NCBI GenBank assembly: GCA_044239355.1
Contig: JBIIBO010000006.1
Span: 18,311-82,310 of the forward strand
Reading direction: 5' to 3'
Origin: Ilumatobacteraceae bacterium
GTDB taxonomy: Bacteria; Actinomycetota; Acidimicrobiia; Acidimicrobiales; Ilumatobacteraceae
DNA: 64,000 nt
Shown: positions 17,880 through 27,508 of the stretch, one piece after another
Position numbering within the stretch: the first letter of the stretch is position 1
Layout: the number at the start of each line of letters is the position of its first letter
Notes under the pieces: generated by a model
Databases searched by the model: none
Told to the model about the DNA's origin: nothing
The model's input: only the letters and a program-made list of their open reading frames with translations
Translations under genes and position numbers: made by a program

Positions 17880-19067
17880 TTAGATGCGCTCGATAAGTGT
17901 TCCGGTTCCGAGGCCACCACCACAGCACATGGAGATGAGGCCGTAGCGTCCACCTGTGCGCTCAAGTTCATTGAGAGCCTTGGTAACCAAGAACGCACCT
18001 GTTGCACCAAGTGGGTGACCCAATGCAATGGCACCACCGTTGGGGTTTGTGCGATCGAGGTCTGCACCCACTTCTTTTGCCCATGCAAGAACAACTGATG
18101 CGAAAGCTTCGTTGATTTCAAAGACATCGATGTCGCCAATCTTGAGATTGTTGCGCTCCAGCAAACGCTGGGTCGCATCAATAGGACCGGTCAACATGAG
18201 TACAGGATCCACGCCAACGAGGCAGGTGTCTACAACACGAGCACGAGCCTTGAGGCCAAGTGCTTTTGCTTTTTCCTCTGTCATCATCAACAGCGCTGCT
18301 GCGCCGTCAGAGATTTGTGATGAGTTACCAGCAGTGTGCACACCGTCAGGGCGAGCAACTGGCTTGAGGGTGGACAACTTTTCAAGTGTGGTCTCGCGCA
18401 AGCCTTCATCTTTGGACACGCGACGTGTGCCAATAACTTCTCCGGCTTCATTGACTTCTGGAGCATCTACTTCGATGTATTGACCAGCAAAGCGGTCTTC
18501 GTTCCATGCACGAATCGCGCGCTCTTGGGAGGCAAGACCCCACGCATCAGTATCTGCACGTGTGATGTTCCACTTGTCGGCGATGCGCTCTGCGCCTTCA
18601 AACTGTGAAGTCATTTCATAGTTGTCGAAATATGTCTTGGGGATGGGTACACCCAAACCAAGTTCTTTGCGGCTGTTGCTTCCAATGGGTACTCGACTCA
18701 TTGCTTCAACACCACATGCAATAGCAACATCAACGACGCCCGAACCCAGCAATGAAGTGGCAAGACCTGTTGCTTGTTGTGAAGATCCACATTGTGTGTC
18801 CACTGTTGTTGCAGCAGTGGTGAGTGGAAGACCTGCGGCCAACCATGCGGTACGAGTGATGTTGAACGACTGTTCGCCCACTTGGCTGACGTTGCCGCCA
18901 ACAACTTGTTCCACAATGGCGGGATCAATGCCGGAGCGTTCAATGATTGCTTTTTGAACTAATCCCAACGTTTCGCCGGGGTGAAGGGTGGATAGACCGC
19001 CATTGCGACGCCCAACTGGGGTGCGTACTGCATCAACGATTACGACTGGATTTTGATTACGTGCCAT
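17880..19067 (-). CDS. acetyl-CoA C-acyltransferase (thiolase)
   Basis: 395 aa with the active-site Cys region TVDTQCGSSQQA, NPNGGAIALGHPLGATG and ISMCCGGGLGTG. Confidence 0.9.
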   Translation of the reverse strand: MARNQNPVVIVDAVRTPVGRRNGGLSTLHPGETLGLVQKAIIERSGIDPAIVEQVVGGNVSQVGEQSFNITRTAWLAAGLPLTTAATTVDTQCGSSQQATGLATSLLGSGVVDVAIACGVEAMSRVPIGSNSRKELGLGVPIPKTYFDNYEMTSQFEGAERIADKWNITRADTDAWGLASQERAIRAWNEDRFAGQYIEVDAPEVNEAGEVIGTRRVSKDEGLRETTLEKLSTLKPVARPDGVHTAGNSSQISDGAAALLMMTEEKAKALGLKARARVVDTCLVGVDPVLMLTGPIDATQRLLERNNLKIGDIDVFEINEAFASVVLAWAKEVGADLDRTNPNGGAIALGHPLGATGAFLVTKALNELERTGGRYGLISMCCGGGLGTGTLIERI

Positions 19068-19111
19068 TGGATAATCCTAGGCAGAGAGACAGCCACTACC
19101 GTCAGTGGGCG

Positions 19112-19909
19112 ATGAATACGAGCAATCCATTTTTCCGCCCATCGTTGCGCCCTGCAGAAGATGCAACGCTCCACAGATATATCCATGTGGTGGGGAGCAA
19201 AGTCTTTATTGATGACCGCCCAGCTGATGAAGAATGGAATTGTTTGTTTCTTGGGATGCACGGCGACACTGCATGTTGGGGAATTGATGTACCAGTTGGC
19301 CAAGACCCCGCATACGGAGCCGACTATGACCTGCGTTCACTTTTTGGCATGGTGTCGGAAGCCGAGTGGGCGATGGCAGGTCGCGCTGTACAACTCGTTG
19401 AATGGTCTCGCACCCACCGGTTTTGCGGACGATGTGGAACTCCCACACGCATGGCCGATAACGACAGAGCGTTCGTGTGTCCATCGTGTGCGTTGATGTC
19501 GTTTCCTCGACTTGCGCCGGCAATCATCACCTTGATTACTCGCGGTGAAGGTGATGACGAACAAGCTCTTCTCGCTCGGGGAGCACAGTTTCCGGTCCCG
19601 ATGTTTTCTTGTCTTGCTGGGTTTGTAGAAGCAGGGGAAAATCTTGAACAAGCTGTGGTTCGCGAAGTGGAAGAAGAAGTTGGTCTTGCTGTTGACTCGG
19701 TGCAATATGTCGCAAGCCAGCCATGGCCATTTCCGCACTCCATCATGTTGGGATTCCGTGCACGCTGGGTAAGCGGCGACATCTCATGTGATCCGGTTGA
19801 AATTGCGGAAGCACATTGGTACAGCCGCGATGATCTGCCAATGATTCCGCCTGGAATCTCCATTGCCCGCCGCCTTATTGATGACTGGGTGTTCCGTCGG
19901 TACAACTAA
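19112..19909 (+). CDS. nudC: NAD(+) diphosphatase / NADH pyrophosphatase (Nudix)
   Basis: Zinc ribbon CGRCGTPT...CPSC and Nudix box GFVEAGENLEQAVVREVEEEVGL. Trimmed to ATG 19112, past the thiolase gene. Confidence 0.85.
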   Translation: MNTSNPFFRPSLRPAEDATLHRYIHVVGSKVFIDDRPADEEWNCLFLGMHGDTACWGIDVPVGQDPAYGADYDLRSLFGMVSEAEWAMAGRAVQLVEWSRTHRFCGRCGTPTRMADNDRAFVCPSCALMSFPRLAPAIITLITRGEGDDEQALLARGAQFPVPMFSCLAGFVEAGENLEQAVVREVEEEVGLAVDSVQYVASQPWPFPHSIMLGFRARWVSGDISCDPVEIAEAHWYSRDDLPMIPPGISIARRLIDDWVFRRYN

Positions 19910-19938
19910 TTGAGGTCACAGCACCTAGATTTCTCCCC

Positions 19939-20829
19939 ATGAGTTCAGTACCTATGGGAAGAGTGGGTCTGTGGTCTGCAGACTTTGACCTACAGCCAAT
20001 GACCAAGGCCCAAGAGGCCATTGCCGAAGTGGAAGAGATGGGATACTCCGCAGTGTGGGTTCCTGAAGCTGTGTTGCGAGAACCATTTGCATCGACTGCA
20101 CTACTTCTTTCTGCAACAAAGAAACTTGTGTTGGCTACAGGAATTGCAAGTCTTCATGCACGTACTGCTCAAACGATGAACGCCGGTTGGAAAACCGTAA
20201 CTGAAGCTTTTCCTGATCGATTCGTATTGGGAATTGGTGTGAGTCATGCACCGATGGTGAACGGTGTGCACAAGGGCGCCTATGACAAGCCCTATTCCAC
20301 GATGGTGGAATATCTCAATGCGATGGATTCAGGTTTGTATTTTTCTCCCGCACCCACCACAACGCCACGTCGTGTCCTTGCTGCGCTTGGACCAAAGATG
20401 TTGAAGCTTGCAGCAGAACGTGCCGATGGTGCTCATCCGTATTTCACACCGGCAGAACACACCGCATTTGCTCGCACCACAATGGGTAGCGGAGCATTCT
20501 TGGCTCCAGAAGTTGCAGTTGTTCTTGAAACAGATGCAACGAAAGCACGCGAGATTGCGCGCGGATATATGAAGACCTACACCGGGTTGCCCAACTATGC
20601 GAACAATCTCAAGCGTTTTGGTTTCGAGCACGACGAGATCGTTGATCAAAACGATCGCTTAGTGGATGCCATTGTGGGTTGGGGTAGCACTGACACTGTG
20701 GTGGCGCGCATCAAAGAACATTTTGATGCGGGCGCAGACCACGTATGCATTCAGGTTCTCACTGACGCAACAGGTACCTTGCCTATGCGTCAGTGGCGCG
20801 AATTAGCCGAAGCAACCCGCGGCCTCTAG
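19939..20829 (+). CDS. LLM-class (luciferase-like) F420-dependent-type oxidoreductase
   Basis: 296 aa with a TIM-barrel LLM pattern (GLWSADFDL...GYSAVWVPEA...LATGIASL...). The cofactor assignment follows the family only. Confidence 0.7.
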   Translation: MSSVPMGRVGLWSADFDLQPMTKAQEAIAEVEEMGYSAVWVPEAVLREPFASTALLLSATKKLVLATGIASLHARTAQTMNAGWKTVTEAFPDRFVLGIGVSHAPMVNGVHKGAYDKPYSTMVEYLNAMDSGLYFSPAPTTTPRRVLAALGPKMLKLAAERADGAHPYFTPAEHTAFARTTMGSGAFLAPEVAVVLETDATKAREIARGYMKTYTGLPNYANNLKRFGFEHDEIVDQNDRLVDAIVGWGSTDTVVARIKEHFDAGADHVCIQVLTDATGTLPMRQWRELAEATRGL

Positions 20830-20833
20830 ATAT

Positions 20834-21859
20834 TTACTCGGCGATTCCCACGGGAGAATTGTCGATGATTTGATCAAGGTATTCAGACATTCCATAGCCA
20901 GTTGCTCCTGCATGTTCGCCCGAGGTGATGGTCCATTTGGTCATACCTTCACTAATGCGTGTCATTAACCAATTGCCATCAGGGTCTTGACGTCGATTGC
21001 GCAATGGAATCAACGTCTGCACGTCGCCTTCAAAATTCCACGAACGTTGTGACTTGCTGGAGGAAATAACACCAGTAACTTTTTGGTGGTACTGATCATC
21101 GCCAGTTGTCACTGTGGTGATCTGCACATCATCACACAAGTGAATCTGTCCGTGATCCCACACGAATCCACCGCGTGTTCCTGGTCCGTCTTTCTTTGCT
21201 ACACGACTGGCCATAAATCCAAGGTTCTCGCCAAAGTTGGCAGTGAGCCATCGGTAGTACCAAGGTGCTTGCCAATAACGCGGACCCCATGAATGGTCGC
21301 GTAAACCAAAACCCTGTATTTGCCACTCGCGATCACCTACACGAATAGAACCGTGGGCAGCGATGAGTTGTTCGTAGTGGCCCTTGGCGAATTCTTCGCC
21401 AGGTGTTTCGTGCGGTGTATCGGGTTCACCACCAAACATCGACGGGCGACCTTTTCCTGTGAATACCAAGTTCACACTGCATTGCGCAAATGGATTGTTC
21501 TTAAAGGCACTCTTTGGGTCGGCCATCTGCTTGGGATCATCGAGGAGCACCACTTTTCCTTCGTAGGCAATTCGCAATTCCTCAAATGGTGTCACCATGG
21601 TCCACGTCAGCCCGCCGGCATCAAAGGCATCATTGGATGAAATCTCTGGTCTCTTGTACATGAAGCCCACTTGACCATCGGGCAAGTACAAGCACACTGT
21701 CATTTCCGCATAACCCTCATTGGCGCGATTTCCAATGCGGAACCAACCTCCCACGCCACTGGATGGATCGAAACAATTGATGTACATCGACTCATTGAAG
21801 TTGGGCTCTGGTCCGAGCTCGTGCATGTATTCATCTGCTGGGTCTAAACGAACGCCCAT
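20834..21859 (-). CDS. conserved hypothetical protein
   Basis: 341-aa ORF with codon usage like its neighbours and tight spacing. No catalytic motif recognised. Confidence 0.75.
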   Translation of the reverse strand: MGVRLDPADEYMHELGPEPNFNESMYINCFDPSSGVGGWFRIGNRANEGYAEMTVCLYLPDGQVGFMYKRPEISSNDAFDAGGLTWTMVTPFEELRIAYEGKVVLLDDPKQMADPKSAFKNNPFAQCSVNLVFTGKGRPSMFGGEPDTPHETPGEEFAKGHYEQLIAAHGSIRVGDREWQIQGFGLRDHSWGPRYWQAPWYYRWLTANFGENLGFMASRVAKKDGPGTRGGFVWDHGQIHLCDDVQITTVTTGDDQYHQKVTGVISSSKSQRSWNFEGDVQTLIPLRNRRQDPDGNWLMTRISEGMTKWTITSGEHAGATGYGMSEYLDQIIDNSPVGIAE

Positions 21860-21883
21860 CTGATTTCCCCCTTGGTGTGTGTT

Positions 21884-22699
21884 TTAACTGTTGAAGATTC
21901 GACTCTGTAACTTGCGCATTCCGGCAAGCCAACGATCGCGATCATCTACTTTGCGTTGTTCATAGGTATGCACTTCGGCATGTGGCATCACAAGAAACTT
22001 CTCCGCAAGAATTGTGTCATAGACAATGTTGGCAACTTCGGCTGGTTCTAGAACAGCACCTGAAGCTTTCACAACATCGCCACCACGCTTGTCGATGCCG
22101 TCTTGGCTCCCTGGTGGATTCAACATGTTGGTGTTCACTCCTTGTGGGCACAGACATGTCACCTTGAGACCTCTATCTCCATAGGTAATGGAGAGCCATT
22201 CAGCAAAAGCAACTGCGGCGTGTTTGGTCACACTGTAGGGAGCACTACCAATTTGTGAGAGAAGGCCTGCAGCCGATGCGGTACTGCAGAAATACCCTTC
22301 GCCTGCCGCTAGCCAATCACCAAGGAGATGTTTGGCAGCCCATCGATGTGCATGAAGGTTGATGTTCATTGCAGCTTCCCATGTGGGCTCATCTGTGTCC
22401 TCAAGAAAAGTACCCATTGCAACTCCAGCATTTGCAAAAAACAGATGAATGAATCCGAATGCTTTTTGTGCGTCGCGAATAAGTTCAATATTTCCTTGTT
22501 CACTACCGATATCTGCCACAACTGCAACCGCTGAACCTGGCCGCAGAGCATTGAGTTCCGATGTGATGCGCTCTAGGGGTGCTTGGTCGCGATCGGCCAG
22601 AACAACTCGAGCACCTGCTTGGTGGAATCGCGTTGCAAGGGCGGCCCCAATTCCATTTGCTGCTCCGGTGACTACTGCTGTTTTTCCCTCGAGATCCAT
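21884..22699 (-). CDS. SDR family oxidoreductase
   Basis: TGAANGIGAA cofactor motif, NAG, and a YSVTK catalytic Y-x3-K. Confidence 0.85.
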   Translation of the reverse strand: MDLEGKTAVVTGAANGIGAALATRFHQAGARVVLADRDQAPLERITSELNALRPGSAVAVVADIGSEQGNIELIRDAQKAFGFIHLFFANAGVAMGTFLEDTDEPTWEAAMNINLHAHRWAAKHLLGDWLAAGEGYFCSTASAAGLLSQIGSAPYSVTKHAAVAFAEWLSITYGDRGLKVTCLCPQGVNTNMLNPPGSQDGIDKRGGDVVKASGAVLEPAEVANIVYDTILAEKFLVMPHAEVHTYEQRKVDDRDRWLAGMRKLQSRIFNS

Positions 22700-22844
22700 A
22701 CGGTGACCTTATGGCACGAGTCACCTCTGTTTTTCATTGGATAGTCACAAGTTCCCCACTTGGGCACATGGCATCTGTACGATGAGGGGGACAGTCAGTA
22801 CCTGGGTTACCAAGTAAGGGCTGTCCATTTGAGAGGAGCTCCAC

Positions 22845-23009
22845 ATGATTGACACCCGCGAACCGGTGATCACCGAGGCGCTCGCCGTCATTGATAAGGC
22901 ACTTGCCGAAATGTTGCGCCGTGAATTGGTGTCTTCCGGAGAGGTAGCAGACCTTCTGCTAGATCTTCGTTCGTTGCTTACCGCGAACGAAACCACCACC
23001 GTCGCTTAG
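22845..23009 (+). CDS. candidate small protein (54 aa), not in the ORF track
   Basis: My translation is MIDTREPVITEALAVIDKALAEMLRRELVSSGEVADLLLDLRSLLTANETTTVA*. GAGAGGAG lies 6 nt upstream of the ATG. The listed antisense ORF 22745..22999 looks like an S/R-rich shadow. Confidence 0.45.
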   Translation: MIDTREPVITEALAVIDKALAEMLRRELVSSGEVADLLLDLRSLLTANETTTVA

Positions 23010-24459
23010 AGCGCAACGCACCATCATTTTCTAGAGCACTTGGTCCCGCATTGGTGGACTGTTGTCCGATTTGGGCAAGTTCATGGAATGAATCCACGAG
23101 ACAATCACGCAAAAGCGTGGGGCTCTCCACGGCTGCTTCATCAATATTGATGCCCACGTCAAGGCTTCCCAAATACGACATGAGTGTCACGTTGAAAGCC
23201 ACTCCTGCAAGTGGGCCTACGGGGTAATTCTCCAAAAGTTTGGCGCCGCCCACGTATAAAGCCACTCCTGCGCCACGAACATTCGACGTTGCAAAGTCCA
23301 CGGTTTCTGATTGTGCACGTGCAAGTCGTGTAACAACCGACGTGGGAAGCAAAGTGGAAAAGGTTGCAATGGTGTCAAGGGATCCAGAACTGCTTCCTGC
23401 ACGTGCGGCCACGAGAATTTCATTGATTGCAGCGAATCTTTCTTGAATCGGCATTTGTGCTGTGGGTACCAACATGCGCGCGAGGGTAAATGAATTACCT
23501 CCGGTTGCTGCATCTTGATCATTGCGAGTACTGATGGCCATTGAAGTGCGTAGTGATTCCACTGGGGCGCCAAGTTCGCGGTGGTATCGACCAGATGCAT
23601 GGGCTGCGGCGGTCACGAAGGCAGTATTGAGAGTTCCATCCATCTGTTTGGCGGCACTGCGCATGTCGTGATACGAGATGCGGGCCGTTTCTAATCGGCG
23701 ACGAAGTGAGCGCTGCGTCCACAAAGGAGAACGTGCAGCGTCTGTTTCGCTGAGTTGGGCGAGAATCTCTTTGACTGTTGCAGACGTTGATGCACCAATA
23801 GAAGTGAGCAACGAAGGATCAGAAACTACATCGCGCACTTGTCGCAAAAGCGCAAGAGGAAGTCGCACAGAATCTGCCATCGCTCCGCGCAGTGCATCTG
23901 TGGCATCGGGTGATGCGGCGTGCATTGCAGCGTTAGCAATTTCTGGATCAAGTGGCGGCAATGGGGCAGGGTTGCGCTGTAGATCAAGATAATGCATCGA
24001 AAGTTCCACACCACCTTGACCATCTGTGACTGTGTGGTGCAGTTTTTGAATAAGCGCACTGCGACCGCCGGCAAGTCCGTCCACCACGATGAAATGCCAA
24101 AGTGGTCGGGAACGATCAAATGGGTCAGCAACCATCAATGTGGTGAGATCAAGAAGTTGTCGCAGGTCGCCTGGCTCGGCAAGAGAGATCCTTCGAACGT
24201 GATAACGAATATCGAATGATGGATCATCCACCCATGTGGGGTTTCCAATGTTTCCGGGTGATGGTTGCACGCGACGTCGTAGGCGCGGGAAGAGAAGCGA
24301 TGCGCGCTCCATGCGCGCATAGAGCTCGTCCATGTTTGGCGCACGATCAAGAATGGTGATGTTGGCAAATGTGGATGCGAGGTGTGGATCTTTTTCAAGT
24401 CTCCACATCAGTGATTCAGAATCACTCATTCTTTTCTGCTGGTCAGACATGTGATTCAA
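22978..24459 (-). CDS. wax ester synthase/diacylglycerol acyltransferase (WS/DGAT)
   Basis: 493 aa with the HHTVTDGQGG (HHxxxDG) active-site motif and a typical N-terminus SDSESLMWRLEKDP. Confidence 0.85.
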   Translation of the reverse strand: MNHMSDQQKRMSDSESLMWRLEKDPHLASTFANITILDRAPNMDELYARMERASLLFPRLRRRVQPSPGNIGNPTWVDDPSFDIRYHVRRISLAEPGDLRQLLDLTTLMVADPFDRSRPLWHFIVVDGLAGGRSALIQKLHHTVTDGQGGVELSMHYLDLQRNPAPLPPLDPEIANAAMHAASPDATDALRGAMADSVRLPLALLRQVRDVVSDPSLLTSIGASTSATVKEILAQLSETDAARSPLWTQRSLRRRLETARISYHDMRSAAKQMDGTLNTAFVTAAAHASGRYHRELGAPVESLRTSMAISTRNDQDAATGGNSFTLARMLVPTAQMPIQERFAAINEILVAARAGSSSGSLDTIATFSTLLPTSVVTRLARAQSETVDFATSNVRGAGVALYVGGAKLLENYPVGPLAGVAFNVTLMSYLGSLDVGINIDEAAVESPTLLRDCLVDSFHELAQIGQQSTNAGPSALENDGALRSKRRWWFRSR

Positions 24460-24469
24460 CCTACAACGA

Positions 24470-25069
24470 CTACATCGGAATGCTGGTGTGCTTCAGTTCG
24501 TTAAGAATTGGCCAGTCAATATCGTCCAATATGCGTTCAATTGTTGCTTTGCCCACTATTTGGTCGCCATGGGCATGGTCGAGGAGACGGACAAAAACTG
24601 CTTTGTTCTCCACCACGAAGGTGGGTGTTCCCCATACCTGATGGCTGCGGACGTATTGCTCGTGTTCGCGACGTACGACCTCGAGAGTTCTTTGGGTTTG
24701 TACGTCTTCGAATGCCGCAGCGGCATCAGCACCTGCAGTAGTGAGAATGCGAGCAAGAATCTTGTGATCATTGATCGATCCACCGCCAGTGTGGCGATGG
24801 TTGAACATTGACTGATGAAAATCAAGAAATGCATGAGGTTGATTGTCACGCACAGAGATGGCCAATTGAAGCGCAAGTAAGCCTGAATCGGAGTCAGGCC
24901 TATCCCAGACATCTATGTCACCTTCTTCAACATGGGCTTGTCCGAGACAAAAGGGGAGAAAGGTGACATTCCAGTCAGCTCCGGCACGAAGGCCTTCCAC
25001 AACGTGGTCATGTACTAATCGTGCAAACGGGCAGCGATAGTCGAATGTGATTCCAAAAGTACGTGCCAT
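24470..25069 (-). CDS. DsbA/HCCA-isomerase-like thioredoxin-fold protein
   Basis: N-terminus ...ITFDYRCPFARLV (single-Cys CPFA in place of CxxC). Size is about 200 aa. ATG 25069 is preferred over TTG 25075. Confidence 0.6.
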   Translation of the reverse strand: MARTFGITFDYRCPFARLVHDHVVEGLRAGADWNVTFLPFCLGQAHVEEGDIDVWDRPDSDSGLLALQLAISVRDNQPHAFLDFHQSMFNHRHTGGGSINDHKILARILTTAGADAAAAFEDVQTQRTLEVVRREHEQYVRSHQVWGTPTFVVENKAVFVRLLDHAHGDQIVGKATIERILDDIDWPILNELKHTSIPM

Positions 25070-25139
25070 AGACAAGAGGTCAACACCTATTTATCTGCAG
25101 GTATTCCCTGATGTACAAACCCCTTATGGGTGTTGTGCA

Positions 25140-25664
25140 TCAGCCGAGAATGGCAGAGATAACTGGGACGGCAATAGTGCCAAGAATTGCCCCTGTCACG
25201 ATGCCGCCGAGGATGTCAGTGGCGTGGTGAATGCGCACCACTACACGCGACAGCGCAATGATGAGTGCAAGTGCAATCCATAACACTCCAAGTGGAAAAC
25301 CTGTGTACGAGATAAGGATGAACACAGCAAAGGTTGCCGATGATGCATGTCCTGAAGGAAAACTTGATGTCCGTGGTGTGCGGATTTCGAATCGATCATC
25401 GCCTGATGTTGTGGGTCTCTCACGACGAAACATTCGCTTAATGCCTTGATTGACAATCAAGCTCTCTATTCCAAGTGCAACTGACAACGCCACTGCTTGC
25501 CCCAGGCGCTCCATGGATCCCAGTGCACGTGTGAACCCGATGATGTGCCACGCAATGCTGAAATCGCCCACGGTGCTTGCAATACCAAAACAGGTAACAA
25601 AAAATTTGCGTTGGCGCAGTGGCTCAAGAAGAGCATCTCCCATGGCGTCGATGCGATTCATCAC
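25140..25664 (-). CDS. PAP2-family phosphatase (membrane)
   Basis: Motifs KRMFRRERP, PSGHAS and SRVVVRIHHATD, with several TM segments. Confidence 0.85.
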   Translation of the reverse strand: MMNRIDAMGDALLEPLRQRKFFVTCFGIASTVGDFSIAWHIIGFTRALGSMERLGQAVALSVALGIESLIVNQGIKRMFRRERPTTSGDDRFEIRTPRTSSFPSGHASSATFAVFILISYTGFPLGVLWIALALIIALSRVVVRIHHATDILGGIVTGAILGTIAVPVISAILG

Positions 25665-26539
25665 AGTTGTGTGATTACATTCTGAGTCAATTTCGCCAAC
25701 ATGTCGGGGCGTTCAAGTGGGCCGAAGTGGCCTAGTTCGTCGAACTGGATGTAGGTGGCATGAGGGATCTGTTCTGCGACGCTGAGCGCAAATGAAGATG
25801 GTTGAAATGGCGCAGGTGCGCCAGAGACGACCCACACCGGAGTGGTGATTGAGGGCAATTCATCCCATGCGCCACTTGTTCCACCAGTTTCATATGTGCG
25901 TGCTTCATGTTCGGGGAGGCATTTCAACGCAATGTCTCCATCATCGGTAACGGCAAAGCCATGTCGCACGTAAGCCTCGCGTGCCGATGGATGGAAAGTA
26001 GACATCGGTGGTTTGGATGCAAAGTTTTCCAATGCCTCATCAAAGGATGCAAACCGTGATCGCCTTTTACGTGCGCCACCGGCAAGCGGATTTTCTGGTC
26101 GAGGTGGTGCATTGGGGGGAGGAGGTGGAAACACAATTGGCTCAAACACGATGAGTGCCGAAAAAAGAGTGGGTTCTTGAAGAGCGGCCATCAATAACGA
26201 TGCGCCACCCATTGAATGGCCCACGCCGATGATTTTTTCTTCGCCGGCTGTGACATAGAGGTGACGAGCAGCAGCAAGTGCGTCGCTGCCGTACATCTTC
26301 CATTCAATTGTCGCGGGGTCAATACGTTCGGCATCGCCGTATCCACGATGATCAAATCCCATCACGCGATGATGCAGGCATAATTGTTGTGCAAGAGGTT
26401 CAAAGCAATGTGCATGAAAACCAGTTGCATGCGATAACAACACCGGTGTTCCTTGCCCACCGAAATCATGCATAACAATCGAGATTCCATCAAGTGAAGG
26501 AATCACTTGAGCATCGGTGCACGCGATGTGTTGTGTCAT
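25661..26539 (-). CDS. alpha/beta hydrolase
   Basis: Nucleophile elbow GVGHSMGG and a C-terminal HFGPLE His region. Its stop overlaps the PAP2 start by 4 nt. Confidence 0.8.
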   Translation of the reverse strand: MTQHIACTDAQVIPSLDGISIVMHDFGGQGTPVLLSHATGFHAHCFEPLAQQLCLHHRVMGFDHRGYGDAERIDPATIEWKMYGSDALAAARHLYVTAGEEKIIGVGHSMGGASLLMAALQEPTLFSALIVFEPIVFPPPPPNAPPRPENPLAGGARKRRSRFASFDEALENFASKPPMSTFHPSAREAYVRHGFAVTDDGDIALKCLPEHEARTYETGGTSGAWDELPSITTPVWVVSGAPAPFQPSSFALSVAEQIPHATYIQFDELGHFGPLERPDMLAKLTQNVITQL

Positions 26540-26571
26540 AGCAATTACTGCACCGTCAGCACAGAAATTTT

Positions 26572-27471
26572 CTAGGCATCCTTGAGCGCATTGAAGAACA
26601 AGCCTGTTTCTTCAGGTACGCCAGATGGAATGACATATCCATCTGTATTGCGAATCTGGCTCCAGTTGTCGCGTACGTCTTCCAAACTCAGACCTGGCTT
26701 GAAGAACCCTTGAGTCTCACCAATGAATACACGCGCGACTCGTCCGCCACCCACAGAATAAATCTCACCAGATACGTCGCAATCTTCATGTGCGAGCCAC
26801 GCAACGATTGGCGTGACCAGTGATGGGTCAAGTTTGTCGCCAAGTGCACCCATGAGATTTTCTGTCATACGAGTAAGTGCTAGTGGTGCAATGGCGTTGG
26901 CTCGGATGTTGTACTTGGCACCTTCTGCGGCAAGTACACGAGTGAAACCTACGAGCCCCATTTTTGCTGCGCCATAGTTCGCTTGACCAAAGTTGCCAAA
27001 GATTCCTGCAGCTGAAGATGTGGAGATGATGCGGCCGTACTTTTGTTCACGCATACGAATCCATGCGGGACGTGTCACATTGAATGCTCCCTTGAGATGC
27101 ACTTCGATGACCGAATCCACAAGATCTGGAGTCATGTTGTGAAAGGTCTTGTCACGCAAAATTCCTGCGTTATTGATCACAATGTCCACTCGGCCATAGG
27201 CGTCGATAGCTGTTTGGATGATTGCTTCACCGCCGTCTGGAGTCGACACGCTGTCATGGTTGGCAACTGCTTCGCCGCCTGCTGCGCGAATCTCATCCAC
27301 GACTTTTTGTGCAGCACTGGCGTCAGCGCCGGTGCCTTCGACGTTTCCGCCGAGGTCATTGACCACCACGAGGGCGCCACGTTCTGCCAAAAGAAGGGCG
27401 TGTTGCCTTCCTAGGCCTCCACCAGCTCCGGTGATTACTGCAACTTTTCCGTCATATGTCAACTTGGTCAT
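26572..27471 (-). CDS. SDR, MFE-2/17beta-HSD4-type 3-hydroxyacyl-CoA dehydrogenase-like
   Basis: Motif GKVAVITGAGGGLGRQHALLLAERGALVVVNDLGG plus YGAAK. Paralogous to 40624..41553. Confidence 0.8.
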   Translation of the reverse strand: MTKLTYDGKVAVITGAGGGLGRQHALLLAERGALVVVNDLGGNVEGTGADASAAQKVVDEIRAAGGEAVANHDSVSTPDGGEAIIQTAIDAYGRVDIVINNAGILRDKTFHNMTPDLVDSVIEVHLKGAFNVTRPAWIRMREQKYGRIISTSSAAGIFGNFGQANYGAAKMGLVGFTRVLAAEGAKYNIRANAIAPLALTRMTENLMGALGDKLDPSLVTPIVAWLAHEDCDVSGEIYSVGGGRVARVFIGETQGFFKPGLSLEDVRDNWSQIRNTDGYVIPSGVPEETGLFFNALKDA

Positions 27472-27508
27472 GTCTTCTACCGTAGTCGTGGAGACCTACT
27501 GTGACCAC

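Noticed and set aside
22745-22999. 84-aa minus-strand ORF in the SDR-WS/DGAT spacer.
   Set aside because: It is an S/R-rich, low-complexity translation with no SD. The plus-strand 54-codon ORF with a GAGAGGAG SD explains the open frame better.
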